In this document: positions 28,339 to 38,917 of the stretch, in pieces
Numbering within the stretch: position 1 is the first letter of the stretch
Layout: every line of letters begins with the position of its first letter
Assembly (NCBI GenBank): GCA_035520515.1
Contig: DAOROH010000003.1
Coordinates: forward strand, 2,754 to 66,753
Reading direction: 5' to 3'
DNA from: Fervidobacterium sp.
GTDB taxonomy: Bacteria; Thermotogota; Thermotogae; Thermotogales; Fervidobacteriaceae
DNA length: 64,000 bases
Notes under the pieces: model-generated
Database searches by the model: none
What the model saw: the letters and a program-made list of their open reading frames with translations, nothing else
Told to the model about the DNA's origin: nothing
Made by a program: the position numbers and the translations under genes

Positions 28339-29448
28339 ATGGCGCAGGTTGTTCTCGAGCATGTTTGGAAAGTATACGAAGGTAAGGTAGAGGCTGTAAA
28401 GGATGCGAATTTCGTAGTTGAAGACAAAGAGTTTCTCGTATTACTTGGTCCATCTGGTTGTGGAAAAACAACGACACTTCGTATGATTGCAGGGCTTGAA
28501 GAGATCACAAAAGGAGAAATAAAGATTGATGGGCGTGTAGTTAACGATGTTGAACCAAAAGATAGAGATATTGCATTCGTGTTCCAAAACTACGCTCTAT
28601 ATCCACATATGACTGTGTATGATAACATGGCATTTGGTTTGAAGTTAAGAAAGGTACCAAAAAATGAAATAGACGAAAGAGTCCATGAAGCTGCAAAGAT
28701 ACTTGAGATTGAGTCTTTGCTCGATAGAAAGCCTAGACAACTTTCCGGTGGTCAAAGGCAAAGGGTCGCAGTCGGACGTGCAATCGTTAGACATCCAAAG
28801 GTGTTCTTGTTTGACGAACCTCTTTCGAACCTTGATGCAAAGTTACGTGTTCAGATGAGATCAGAATTAAAGAAACTACATGCTAGGCTCGAAGCAACGA
28901 TTGTCTACGTTACGCACGACCAAGTTGAAGCCATGACAATGGCCGATAAGATAGTTATCATGAAAGATGCGGTCATCCAGCAGATTGGAACACCTTACGA
29001 AGTGTACAATAGACCGGCCAATATGTTTGTTGCAGGATTCATTGGAAGTCCAGCAATGAATTTCATAGAAGGTAAGATAATTAAGGGTGAAGGTGGTCTA
29101 TGGGTTAAGACAAGTGGGTTGAAGCTCAAAGTTCCTCAAGAATACGAAGACAAACTTGTTCAATACATTGATAAAGACATAATCTTTGGTATAAGGCCAG
29201 AAAACGTGTACGATAAGATGTTTGCCATTGCTCCAAGGCCGGAAAACACAGCAGAAGTTACAGTTGACGTTGTGGAACCTCTTGGTAGTGAGACGTTACT
29301 TCATGTCGTTGCAGGAGACGATAAGATAGTTGCAAGGGTTAATGCAAAGAGTCAGGCACAAGATGGGCAGAAGATCGACCTTGTCTTTGATATGACTACC
29401 ATGCATATATTCGATAAGGCAACAGAGAAAGAATTACTGCACTGGTAA
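28339..29448 (+). CDS. Sugar ABC transporter ATP-binding protein (MalK/MsmK/UgpC type)
   Basis: GPSGCGKT, FQNYALYPHM, LSGGQRQR, FDEPLSNLD, VTHDQ and a C-terminal TOBE/OB region. GGAGG SD lies inside the upstream gene end. Confidence 0.95.
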   Translation: MAQVVLEHVWKVYEGKVEAVKDANFVVEDKEFLVLLGPSGCGKTTTLRMIAGLEEITKGEIKIDGRVVNDVEPKDRDIAFVFQNYALYPHMTVYDNMAFGLKLRKVPKNEIDERVHEAAKILEIESLLDRKPRQLSGGQRQRVAVGRAIVRHPKVFLFDEPLSNLDAKLRVQMRSELKKLHARLEATIVYVTHDQVEAMTMADKIVIMKDAVIQQIGTPYEVYNRPANMFVAGFIGSPAMNFIEGKIIKGEGGLWVKTSGLKLKVPQEYEDKLVQYIDKDIIFGIRPENVYDKMFAIAPRPENTAEVTVDVVEPLGSETLLHVVAGDDKIVARVNAKSQAQDGQKIDLVFDMTTMHIFDKATEKELLHW

Positions 29449-29487
29449 TTTGATTTCTCTTTATAAAAGACAATGTCAGTTATTTTA

Positions 29488-29520
29488 CCCCCCAAATTTT
29501 GGGGGGATTTTTCGTTTTTT
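29488..29520 (+). terminator. Intrinsic terminator
   Basis: CCCCCCAAA-T-TTTGGGGGG stem followed by ATTTTTCGTTTTTT. Confidence 0.75.
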
Positions 29521-29708
29521 GTGTTAGAATAGTTATGATATGGTTTTCGTTAGTTATACTCTTATCGAATGATACCCACTTTGAAATTAACAGGATGTTT
29601 TTGAATAAATGGACAGGGAATCAATCGGTAAAATTGACTAATTTTGTAAGATAGCGGATTATTGAATTTCTAAAGTGGTATATCGAATGAAGCAAGGAGG
29701 AACGTATT

Positions 29709-30386
29709 TTGCCAAATATCTTTTATGGAGTACCCGGTGATAGTTTCATATCGTTCGATGAACATGAAGTAACTCACATGAAAGTGATGCGGATAAAGCA
29801 GGGAGAAATAATTGATGTTACCGATGGTAATGGTGGAAAATACAAGATAATAGTTGATGTAATAGGGAAGCAATCTGCACAGGGAAAGGTATTGTCTCAT
29901 GAGTTTGTTGAACCTTCCGATGGTAGGTTGGTGCTTTTTGCACCGTCCGGCCGCTGGGAGAGGTTACGCTGGACGATAGAAAAGGCCGTAGAACTTGGTG
30001 TAGATGAGATATATATTTTTAACAACGAAAGGGCATCTCGACATTACGATGATAAGCAAGAAAAACTTGAAATAGTCGTTAGAGAAGCATCGAAGCAATG
30101 TGTGAGATACCATTTCCCCGATATAAAGAGTATCGAGTTTCTAGACATATTCTCTTTGGCGCCCGAAAGTACTTACATGCTGGATTTTAAAGGGCGAAAG
30201 ATACCGAAAAGGATATCGAAGAATGTAGGTATAATCGCTGGTCCCGAAGGAGGCTTTTCAAAAAAGGAAACTGAACTTTTGAAGGGAAAGTTTAGAAGTA
30301 TATGCCTTGGAAAGAAAATTCTACGCTTTGAGACCGCCATAATCCTATCGATGGGTGTTTTCAGTATGAAACTTGGAAAGATATGA
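29709..30386 (+). CDS. rsmE: 16S rRNA m3U1498 methyltransferase
   Basis: HMKVMR, EKAVELGV, EASKQC, GPEGGFS and LGKKILRFETA SPOUT motifs. Confidence 0.92.
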   Translation: MPNIFYGVPGDSFISFDEHEVTHMKVMRIKQGEIIDVTDGNGGKYKIIVDVIGKQSAQGKVLSHEFVEPSDGRLVLFAPSGRWERLRWTIEKAVELGVDEIYIFNNERASRHYDDKQEKLEIVVREASKQCVRYHFPDIKSIEFLDIFSLAPESTYMLDFKGRKIPKRISKNVGIIAGPEGGFSKKETELLKGKFRSICLGKKILRFETAIILSMGVFSMKLGKI

Positions 30387-30390
30387 ATAT

Positions 30391-31794
30391 TTATTTTTTC
30401 ATAAAATTCTCTTTGATGAATTCTATGGTCTCGATTCCTTTCAGTCTTGATATTTGATATTGCATGAAACTTTCTTTATAGCTTTCAGCATATATTTTTG
30501 CTTTGTCTTGCAGATTTTTCTTTATGTACTTTATCCTTTCTTCGTAATCTTTTCGATCTATCATTTTTCTATATTCAAATGGTGTCTTGGGTTTAGGGAC
30601 TAATGGGTTTATACTCAACGTAATTTTTCTGTACCCCATTTTGTTTACCTCATCTATAAACCAGAAAAATTCACGATAATCCTCCGATGTCTCCTCCGAA
30701 AAACCAATTATGTAGTATAGCTTTACATGTTCAAAGCCGACATTTCGACCTAATGTTAATCCATTGAAGATCCCTTCTTGTGTTATGTCTTTGAGCATAA
30801 TTTCCCTTATTCTCTGTGATATTCCTTCCGGTGCCACTGTAAATGACTTGTGATCAGTCACTTTCAACATCTTTAGCAGTCTTTCATTTACATCATCAAC
30901 TCTCATCGAAGAAACTGAGAATTTGATATTCTCTCTTTCCATGTGATCTAGTAAAGTGTTTAAATACGGATAGTCTGTTATTGTAGCACTTATTAGACCG
31001 AATTCCTCAGTCTTATACTTTCGGAATATTTCGATAACACTTTCTGCATTTGCAAATTTTACAGGTTTTTTGGTGTATCCGGTTACGCAAAATGCACATC
31101 TTCTTATGCAACCCCTACCAATCTCTACAAGTAATTTGTTCTTAAATACCGAATGTGGAGTTGTAAAATGTGAGAATGGTACGATATCTAGGGTACCTTG
31201 GCAGTTCTTGAAATTCTCCTTTCCATGTACCTTGGAATAAACCTGAGGTATCTTAAGCATTTCTTTTATGCTCTCAAATTTGTTATCGTTCATCAGAGCT
31301 TGCGAGACTTGATCTATGGCACACTCCAAATCCCCCACGAATAGAAGATCAGCAATATCACTAAGTATCTCGACGTTGAACAAATTCACTGGCCCGCCAA
31401 TTATTATCAGTGGATGGTAATTCTCTCTATCTGAAGCATTCAATGGTATACCACGTTTAATAAGCAAATCAGCGATATTTCTCAAATCATTTTCAAATTG
31501 GAATGTAAAAAGCCAAGTCGAAAACTCATCTATTGGTCTTTGCTCTTCGACGGAATAAAATCGCTTAAACCATGGTTCATAGAAAAATCGTTCAACTCCA
31601 ATACCTCTGTTTGCCAATAATTGCTCTATCCAGCTCCAAGCGAGTGAGCTACTGGCTACTTCGTAATCGTTTGGGAAAATAAGGGCAACCTTTGGAAGGT
31701 TGCCCGGAATTTGGCTAATCAATTTTTCATCCTTGAAAATTTTGGAAACGTAGTTAAATTCCTTAAAAGATTCTTCGTCTCGTGGTCTTCTCAT
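30391..31794 (-). CDS. Radical SAM protein (B12-binding-like N-terminal domain)
   Basis: FPNDY, IIGGP, EIGRGCIRRCAFC, SSMRVD, TVAPEG, KLYYIIG and PKPKTPF motifs. Confidence 0.85.
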   Translation of the reverse strand: MRRPRDEESFKEFNYVSKIFKDEKLISQIPGNLPKVALIFPNDYEVASSSLAWSWIEQLLANRGIGVERFFYEPWFKRFYSVEEQRPIDEFSTWLFTFQFENDLRNIADLLIKRGIPLNASDRENYHPLIIIGGPVNLFNVEILSDIADLLFVGDLECAIDQVSQALMNDNKFESIKEMLKIPQVYSKVHGKENFKNCQGTLDIVPFSHFTTPHSVFKNKLLVEIGRGCIRRCAFCVTGYTKKPVKFANAESVIEIFRKYKTEEFGLISATITDYPYLNTLLDHMERENIKFSVSSMRVDDVNERLLKMLKVTDHKSFTVAPEGISQRIREIMLKDITQEGIFNGLTLGRNVGFEHVKLYYIIGFSEETSEDYREFFWFIDEVNKMGYRKITLSINPLVPKPKTPFEYRKMIDRKDYEERIKYIKKNLQDKAKIYAESYKESFMQYQISRLKGIETIEFIKENFMKK

Positions 31795-31826
31795 ACGACA
31801 AACACATTCCTTCAAGAACAGTATAA

Positions 31827-32228
31827 TTAAATATTTTCTACAGATTTTCGGTGCAAGTAATTTCTGGAGACTACCGCGCGTTTTACCGCACCTTCAGCTA
31901 CTTTATCTGCGTCCTTCATGATAACTACCCTGAATGTAAACTGATTTGCAATGACCTCACTGATCCTTATACCTATTATGAGCCTCTCACCAACTACAAC
32001 GGGCCTAATGTGAGAAAACTGAACTTCTGTTACAACAGATATAACATTCTCATCTAAGTACTGTGATAGGAACTCACCAATTAGTCCATTTACTTCTTTA
32101 ATGAGCCCCGAAGTTGACACAAAACGCAACTGAGCCATTTCTTCATCTTCATCCCAAATCATTCCATCGTCTGGTATTAACTCCACCGACTTATTCATTC
32201 CAACCATGTTTTCAAAATTGTTCAGCAC
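31827..32228 (-). CDS. Hotdog-fold thioesterase family protein (FlK-like)
   Basis: VSTSGLIKEV..SVVTEVQFSHIRPVVVGE..VAEGAVKRAVV pattern. G-rich SD before GTG at 32228. Confidence 0.7.
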   Translation of the reverse strand: MLNNFENMVGMNKSVELIPDDGMIWDEDEEMAQLRFVSTSGLIKEVNGLIGEFLSQYLDENVISVVTEVQFSHIRPVVVGERLIIGIRISEVIANQFTFRVVIMKDADKVAEGAVKRAVVSRNYLHRKSVENI

Positions 32229-32259
32229 AGCAATCCCCCCAGTAAACATCAATGATAGT

Positions 32260-34107
32260 TCAGTTGATCGTCTTGTTTTGTGGTGGTAGTACTTCTTCAT
32301 TACCATTGAGCATTGCCCTTAGTTCCTCACCACTCATGACTTCTCTTTCCAACAATACTGCAACGATTTGATCCATCTTTGCTCTGTTTCTCACAAGTAT
32401 CTCTCTTGCACGTTCGTAACATGTTTTGATTATATTCTCAACTTCTTGGTCTATCAGCTTGGCCACTTCTTCACTATAGTTTCTGATCCTTGTTAATTCC
32501 TTACCCAAAAATACTTCTTGTTCTGTCTTGCCCCATGCCAACGGACCAAAGGTATCGCTCATCCCATACTCACAGACCATTTTCCTTGCAATTTCAGTCG
32601 CACGTTCGATATCGTTTGAAGCACCACTTGTAAAATCCCCAAAGACGCTCTCTTCTGCAGCTCTACCACCCAACAGAGTCGTTATATTGTCGAGAAGTTC
32701 ATTCTTGCTCACTAAATACTTATCCTCCGCAGGTAGATGGAGTGTGTAACCTAACGCAGCGTAACCACGTGGCGTTATAGAAATTCTGTGTACTGGGTCT
32801 GAATTTGGCAAAGAAGAACCAATTATAGCGTGTCCCACTTCGTGATATGCAACTATTCTCTTTTGCTTTTCAGATATCACTTTCGACTTTCTAGCTGGAC
32901 CTGCAATCACTCGGTCTATTGCTTCTTCAAAATCGTCCATCTTTATGATGTTTCTTCCATTTCTGACCGCCAATAGCGCTGCTGTGTTTACAAGATTTTC
33001 GAGATCAGCACCGACAAACCCCATCGTCCTCTTGGCAAGTACACCTATGTCCACATCTCTGTCGATTGGCTTATTTCTTAAATGAATTTTCAAAATCTCT
33101 TCTCTACCTTTTACATCTGGTGGATCAACCACGACTTTTTTGTCAAATCTACCAGGCCTCAACAAAGCAGGATCTAGTATGTCAGGTCTATTCGTTGCTG
33201 CCATAACCACTATGGCCAAATTGACGTCGAAACCGTCCATCTCAACGAGCAACTGGTTTAGTGTCTGCTCTCTTTCATCGTGACCTCCGCCAAGGCCAGC
33301 TCCTCTGTGTCTTCCAACTGCATCAATTTCATCTATAAATATGATGCATGGTGTATTTGCCTTCGCCTGTTCAAATAGGTCACGAACCCTTGCAGCACCA
33401 ACACCAACAAATAATTCAACAAAGTCAGAACCGCTGATATGGAAAAATGGCACATTTGCCTCACCTGCAACTGCCCTTGCAAGTAGCGTCTTACCCGTAC
33501 CCGGAGGCCCTACCAACAGTATACCTTTTGGCATTCTAGCGCCGATCTTGGTAAATTTACCGGGGTTCTTGAGAAATTCAACGGTCTCCTTTAACTCTTC
33601 GACTGCTTCATCTACACCAGCAACATCTTTGAAGGTTACCTTCATCTTGTTTGGATTAACCTTCTCAGCTCTACTCTTCGTAAATGTAAAGGCCTGATTA
33701 TTGTTCCTTCCAAGGCCTCTAATTATGAAGGCAAAGAGTAGAAGAGTGATTACGAAAATAGCTATGTTTCCAATCACGTTTATCCAAAAGTTACTGTCAA
33801 CACTTTTCTCGCCTTCTACTATGACACCGTAAGAAACAATGTTATTTATGTTTTCTACATCGTACATAAACCACGGGGCATAAACAGAGTACGCTCTTCC
33901 TTGCTTGGTCTCCACTCTCAAATTGCCATCGTCTTTTATGACGACTCTTGCAATATCTGTTTCTCCATTGCCTATACGTTTCATAAACTCGCTATAGCTC
34001 ATGTTGACTTCAATTGCGCTTTTAGAGCTTACAAAACCTTCGTAAACCCAGAACAGAGAGAGTGCAATCAGTATAAGAAATATGACAGATCCGATGTTAC
34101 GATTCAA
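32260..34107 (-). CDS. ftsH: ATP-dependent zinc metalloprotease FtsH
   Basis: Two N-terminal TMs, [20 protein letters not shown] motif [19 protein letters not shown] and HEVGH. Confidence 0.98.
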   Translation of the reverse strand: MNRNIGSVIFLILIALSLFWVYEGFVSSKSAIEVNMSYSEFMKRIGNGETDIARVVIKDDGNLRVETKQGRAYSVYAPWFMYDVENINNIVSYGVIVEGEKSVDSNFWINVIGNIAIFVITLLLFAFIIRGLGRNNNQAFTFTKSRAEKVNPNKMKVTFKDVAGVDEAVEELKETVEFLKNPGKFTKIGARMPKGILLVGPPGTGKTLLARAVAGEANVPFFHISGSDFVELFVGVGAARVRDLFEQAKANTPCIIFIDEIDAVGRHRGAGLGGGHDEREQTLNQLLVEMDGFDVNLAIVVMAATNRPDILDPALLRPGRFDKKVVVDPPDVKGREEILKIHLRNKPIDRDVDIGVLAKRTMGFVGADLENLVNTAALLAVRNGRNIIKMDDFEEAIDRVIAGPARKSKVISEKQKRIVAYHEVGHAIIGSSLPNSDPVHRISITPRGYAALGYTLHLPAEDKYLVSKNELLDNITTLLGGRAAEESVFGDFTSGASNDIERATEIARKMVCEYGMSDTFGPLAWGKTEQEVFLGKELTRIRNYSEEVAKLIDQEVENIIKTCYERAREILVRNRAKMDQIVAVLLEREVMSGEELRAMLNGNEEVLPPQNKTIN

Positions 34108-35437
34108 AGCAAAGACCTCCTTTCACCTGAACTTCAATATCGATACTCTTAAGAGTCTTTTTGTCTTCATATAAATAAGGGGCAAAAATAATTCTGTTAT
34201 CGAAAACTACAAGTGGCATTAGCTTTCTCACAAATGTTGGGACCTTCTTAGAATTAAATAAGTCCTTAATCTTTCTACCATCAGTCAATCGATCACCCTC
34301 AATCCAATTTCTTATTTCTATATCACCACTAAATCGTGAATTGATTATACCACCAAAATTTATTTTTATAAAGTACCCATTGAATTCATATTCAAAATTG
34401 TTTGTATTATTGCCGTCAAAGCCACTATAGCATGGCATCAACTTTATACTTTTTCTAAGGTAATTATCAATGGGTCCCATCATTACCCAATTGTATGAAA
34501 CTTCTATACCCAAATTCCTCCAAAAAGAGACCTTGAATGATTGCGAATTGCATGCCTCAAAACGTTCAAGTTTTTCCATATCCAAAGGTCTCTTAAAGAA
34601 CTTTAGGGCCATACGCCTAATCTGTTCAGTTTGAAGATACTTATCTTCAACGAGTTTGAAGATGATTCTATCTTCTAGATTAGTCATGTTAATTTGACTT
34701 GACGCTAGGACCCTGTCGATATATTCATCCATCTTCCAGATATTCTTTGAAAGGTGCAGAGCTGACCTTTCCAAACTCGGATTGATACTTTTCAACAGAG
34801 GAACTATTTCATGCCTAATGAAATTTCTTTGATACTTGACATCAAAATTCGATTTATCAACAACATAGTGCAACTTTCTACTTTGTGCGTATTTTTCTAT
34901 CTCCTCTCGACTGAAAAAGATCAATGGCCTTATGTATTGATCATGTGCTGGCTTGATACCGGCAAGTCCAAATGGTCCTGTACCCTTTGCAAATCTAAGC
35001 AAAATGGTTTCAAGCAAGTCATTTGCGTTGTGCGCTGTTGATATGTAGTTGTATCCGTTCTTTTGAGCGATCTCATTTAGGAAGGAATATCTGAGAAACC
35101 TTGCAGCTTCTTCAGTAGAATACTTATTGCTCTGTGCAAATTTGGCAACATCACCCGATGAAGTGTAAAATGTAAGATTCCTTGACTCACATACCTGCCT
35201 TACAAATTCTACTTCTGAATAAGCTTCTTCGCGCAGTTTGTGGTTAAAAGTTGCTACGCCGATATCGATTCTCCAGTCGCTCTTTAGTGATTTCAATCTA
35301 TCAAAAAGATCAAGCATCACAATTGAATCCACACCACCGGAGACGGCAAGAAGAATCTTTTTCGTATTGCGGCCTGTAGCTACATAAGTATCAATTACTT
35401 GTACAAACCTTTCAAATAAATCAAAATCGTTTTGCAA
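34097..35437 (-). CDS. tilS: tRNA(Ile)-lysidine synthetase
   Basis: PP-loop AVSGGVDS, EEAARFLRY, TAHNANDLLET, IRPL and DKSN..RNFIRH. Directly upstream of ftsH. Start approximate. Confidence 0.93.
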   Translation of the reverse strand: MQNDFDLFERFVQVIDTYVATGRNTKKILLAVSGGVDSIVMLDLFDRLKSLKSDWRIDIGVATFNHKLREEAYSEVEFVRQVCESRNLTFYTSSGDVAKFAQSNKYSTEEAARFLRYSFLNEIAQKNGYNYISTAHNANDLLETILLRFAKGTGPFGLAGIKPAHDQYIRPLIFFSREEIEKYAQSRKLHYVVDKSNFDVKYQRNFIRHEIVPLLKSINPSLERSALHLSKNIWKMDEYIDRVLASSQINMTNLEDRIIFKLVEDKYLQTEQIRRMALKFFKRPLDMEKLERFEACNSQSFKVSFWRNLGIEVSYNWVMMGPIDNYLRKSIKLMPCYSGFDGNNTNNFEYEFNGYFIKINFGGIINSRFSGDIEIRNWIEGDRLTDGRKIKDLFNSKKVPTFVRKLMPLVVFDNRIIFAPYLYEDKKTLKSIDIEVQVKGGLCFES

Positions 35438-35441
35438 CCAA

Positions 35442-38400
35442 TCACATCCCGCTGATCTGAAGTGTACCAGATGTAGGTTCAAAATAGAAGAACTTATCGG
35501 GCATATCTGTTAACCTGAATTTGAAGTAAATTTTATCTAACATTCCTAAAATATCAGCACCTGACCTGTAAGAAAATTCTGCACCAAGTGAGAATACCCA
35601 ACAATGCAAAGACTTGTCAAAGGCCATCTTTAGATTTGTTAATACTACTTGTTGTGGGTCGTATGTCAGTGATATATTCGTGTTCGGATCTATATTTTTC
35701 ATGTCGGCACTAAGTGTGTATCTGTTATCACCATTGGTGTTGTACGATAAAGAATATTTTTCATTTTTCTTCTCCATAGTATACGCAAATCTCCAGTTTG
35801 GTATTGCATCTTTAGCACTCTTTGTAAAATTTGCGCTCACGGTATTTTTGTAATCAAACATGTAGAAATATCCTGATGCGATGAGGTTTCTTATGTAGTC
35901 TTGAGATTGATAAATCGAAGCAGTAAAATTCGAGTATTTTAGACTGTGAACGTATAAATCAATTTCCGAACCAGGTCTTACAGTAAAACTAAGCGTATAA
36001 GCTAACTGAACTGGTAATACATTAAGACCAAATGATATGTTTTCGTTTCCGAGTTTGTTCTGAACATTATCGTATGTCGTCGAAAGTGACCCTGATAGTC
36101 CCATAATTCCAATATTATTTGCGAATTTTAGTGTGTATGTATCAGGTACTTGCTGGTTTTTCAAAAGGTCCCAACCACGTTTTGTACTTAAGGATAAAGC
36201 ACTTGTAGAAATCTGTGCATTAAGTGTGATTAGGTTCGATTTCGTACTTATTGATTCGTCAACAAATGGGTAGACTTGGTCCCAGTTTGCGGAGATACTG
36301 AATGGCCCTATTGTGTATTTGCCTTCCAACTTATATGTATCTGTCATGTTTATGGCTTCTTTTCGGCTAGTACCTGTAATGTTTAGAATATCCCTTACAT
36401 CGAATAGATATTGGAAATTCAAGCTGAAAGGTCCTGATGAGAACTTCCGAGGTAATTGATAATTGTACGTTATCACTTGATTTTGACTGTTTTCGTACCT
36501 AGTACCTTGTATATTCAATCTGTAATTCCATGGAACGTTTGTTAGAGATAAGCTGTAATTTGCCTGATAGTAGGGTGTCCATGTCTTGTCTAGTCTCGTT
36601 AAATATCCATCAGTCTGAGTGCGCATGATGATGTCTAAACTATTAATTGAAAAAGTATTATCCGGCACTGGCACAAATGAGATGTTCCTAAAGCCCCCGT
36701 TTAGATAAAGAATACTGTCGGTTTGCGCTCCATCGTATGAAAGATAAGGTCTCAAGTACATTTTTCCATCCTTTGATTGGTAATTTAACCCGACTTTCTG
36801 TGAGAAGTTGTTATCGTTTATGTAATTTGATTCTAAATATATGAGCCCATCGTATTTGAAGTAAAGTGTGTTTCTAGAGTAATTGTATCTATAAGTGAGG
36901 GGTAAAATAGAGAATTCAAGCATTCCATTCTTTTCCGAGTAAGTAATTCTATTCTTATTTGTATCTTTCGCATCTACACTTATACCATCTGTCGATGATA
37001 ATCCCAAAGTGAGCGCCCAGTTTTCTATAGCGAATGAAAATGTCTGAGAAACACTGAGCGTGTTGCTAAAAACTATAGAAAAGGTATAAGGAACAGTACC
37101 TTCAAGACCTGTTATGAATAGTGGGTAAGGAAATAAAGGTACATTTAGAACAGTTAAGAACGCACTCTCAGCAATGATGTATTTGTTCTCTATTACGTAT
37201 ATTTTCGATGCCAACACAGTATAGTGTGGCTCATCCAAATTGCATGTTGTTATGTGTGAATTAGTTAGTTCCGCGTTTGTACTGCTTGCATCGTATTCTA
37301 TTGTTGAACCGTAAACGTATATCGGTACATTCTTGTTTTGATAAGTGTAGTTATAAGTAGTCGTTGCGTTAAGGATTAGACTTCTCTCCGTTTCAAATTC
37401 ATATGAAAGATATTTGGAAACATATTTTTGATCATCGAATTTGAAGACTACATTTCCTTCGGCTTCAACAATCTTAATTTTTCCATCAAGAAGTGTTGCT
37501 GTAGCCGTATCACATTCTATTTGATATTTGTCCCAGATAATCTTCACGTCGTCTTTTGCAACGACTTGATCATCATAGAACATAGCGTTGGATGAACTCA
37601 CGTTCACGTCTGATGCCTGTGCAGTTGTACCAATCAACAGAAAGCAAAAGATAGCTATCACAAATAACCTACTCAACAACTCTCTGATTCTGTATGACAA
37701 AGGAGTGTCTAACATCAGGTAAAGTATAAGACCAGTAAGAGCAAAGACTATGTTTGGCAACCAAGTGGCAAGTACTGGATTCATGAGACCTTCCTTTCCC
37801 ATTCCAGATAGCCAAGCACCTGAACCTTGATATAACACAACTATGAGAAATGTGATCACAACACTCCACGACCGACTTGTAAATCCAAAAAGTAAAGATA
37901 CAGGAATACCAATCAATACGATCACTAAAGACCCGAGTGCATTTGCATAGCGCTGATTTAGTTCAACTACTAAGCTTGCCGTATTTACACCGAGTTTTTC
38001 ATAAGTCTGCAGTTGCGCTCTTAGCTCACGAGAAGTCTTGTCTTGTATCGTTCTAGAAGACCTTAGCATGTCCTCTATCTCTCCGGCAACATCCAACTTC
38101 ATCTCTTTGAACTGCATTTCAATCGACATGAAGCCTGTTTCAAGGTCCATTATGTACATGCTACCATCTGTCAAATACCAGCCATCTTTTCTCTTTTCAA
38201 CCTTGCTTGAAGTCACGATCTGCTCATTACTATCTTCATTTCTGAATAAGACAACATCGTACAATTCTCCCTTTGATTGATCATATTCTTTTACATAGAA
38301 ATAGAGATCTTTTTCCAACTCGACAAGCATGTTTGTCTTTACAACACTTTCAGGAGATTGAAGAATGTATTGATTAAGTATTTGAGATGATTTGTAGTTC

Positions 38401-38774
38401 GCTTTCGGAACGACGTAATCTGCGAGGAATAAGGATAATGTCGATAAGACAACTGCCAATATAAAAAATGGTGTAACCAATTTTTTTGAAGATACACCGT
38501 GTACTAACAATGCAGTTATTTCTCTATTAGAATAGAGATCGCTGATAACCCAGAAGATGGCAAAAAGTACCCCAACCGGAATTCCAAGAACGGCAAAATA
38601 TGGGATGTTGTATGCAATGAAGACTAGCAGCTTTGAAAAGCCAACACGGTTTCTAATGATGTAATCTGAGATCTGATACAACCATTCAACACTTACAAAG
38701 ACTATAAAGCCAGCCAGTCCCATGAAAAAAGGTTTCAAAGATAACTTTAACGTGTATTTTGTCAGTATCTTCAA
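35442..38774 (-). CDS. LptF/LptG-family permease fused to an LptD/OstA-like outer-membrane protein
   Basis: N-terminal ~360 aa has 3 TM, a periplasmic beta domain and 3 TM, with EITALLVHGVS..LVTP and WLPNI motifs. This is followed by a signal-peptide-like segment ending AQA, an OstA-like beta region, TTCNLDEPHY, VPLFPYP, ~550 aa of amphipathic beta-strands and a C-terminal LHCW motif. Confidence 0.82.
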   Translation of the reverse strand: MKILTKYTLKLSLKPFFMGLAGFIVFVSVEWLYQISDYIIRNRVGFSKLLVFIAYNIPYFAVLGIPVGVLFAIFWVISDLYSNREITALLVHGVSSKKLVTPFFILAVVLSTLSLFLADYVVPKANYKSSQILNQYILQSPESVVKTNMLVELEKDLYFYVKEYDQSKGELYDVVLFRNEDSNEQIVTSSKVEKRKDGWYLTDGSMYIMDLETGFMSIEMQFKEMKLDVAGEIEDMLRSSRTIQDKTSRELRAQLQTYEKLGVNTASLVVELNQRYANALGSLVIVLIGIPVSLLFGFTSRSWSVVITFLIVVLYQGSGAWLSGMGKEGLMNPVLATWLPNIVFALTGLILYLMLDTPLSYRIRELLSRLFVIAIFCFLLIGTTAQASDVNVSSSNAMFYDDQVVAKDDVKIIWDKYQIECDTATATLLDGKIKIVEAEGNVVFKFDDQKYVSKYLSYEFETERSLILNATTTYNYTYQNKNVPIYVYGSTIEYDASSTNAELTNSHITTCNLDEPHYTVLASKIYVIENKYIIAESAFLTVLNVPLFPYPLFITGLEGTVPYTFSIVFSNTLSVSQTFSFAIENWALTLGLSSTDGISVDAKDTNKNRITYSEKNGMLEFSILPLTYRYNYSRNTLYFKYDGLIYLESNYINDNNFSQKVGLNYQSKDGKMYLRPYLSYDGAQTDSILYLNGGFRNISFVPVPDNTFSINSLDIIMRTQTDGYLTRLDKTWTPYYQANYSLSLTNVPWNYRLNIQGTRYENSQNQVITYNYQLPRKFSSGPFSLNFQYLFDVRDILNITGTSRKEAINMTDTYKLEGKYTIGPFSISANWDQVYPFVDESISTKSNLITLNAQISTSALSLSTKRGWDLLKNQQVPDTYTLKFANNIGIMGLSGSLSTTYDNVQNKLGNENISFGLNVLPVQLAYTLSFTVRPGSEIDLYVHSLKYSNFTASIYQSQDYIRNLIASGYFYMFDYKNTVSANFTKSAKDAIPNWRFAYTMEKKNEKYSLSYNTNGDNRYTLSADMKNIDPNTNISLTYDPQQVVLTNLKMAFDKSLHCWVFSLGAEFSYRSGADILGMLDKIYFKFRLTDMPDKFFYFEPTSGTLQISGM

Positions 38775-38917
38775 AAAATTCCACCCCAACTCGCGATTGT
38801 CATGTGAATTACAACTCTCTTACTTCATCGACTAGACTTCTACTTGGAAGTAATCTTGCTAAAAGAGTTTTAGCTTCCACAAGCATACTCTTTTGATTTT
38901 GATATTTACTCCGATAT

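Noticed and set aside
37660-37720. Independent internal start for the LptD-like half of the fusion gene
   Set aside because: The in-frame ATG and TTG codons here have no convincing SD, and there is no stop codon ending the LptF/G half.
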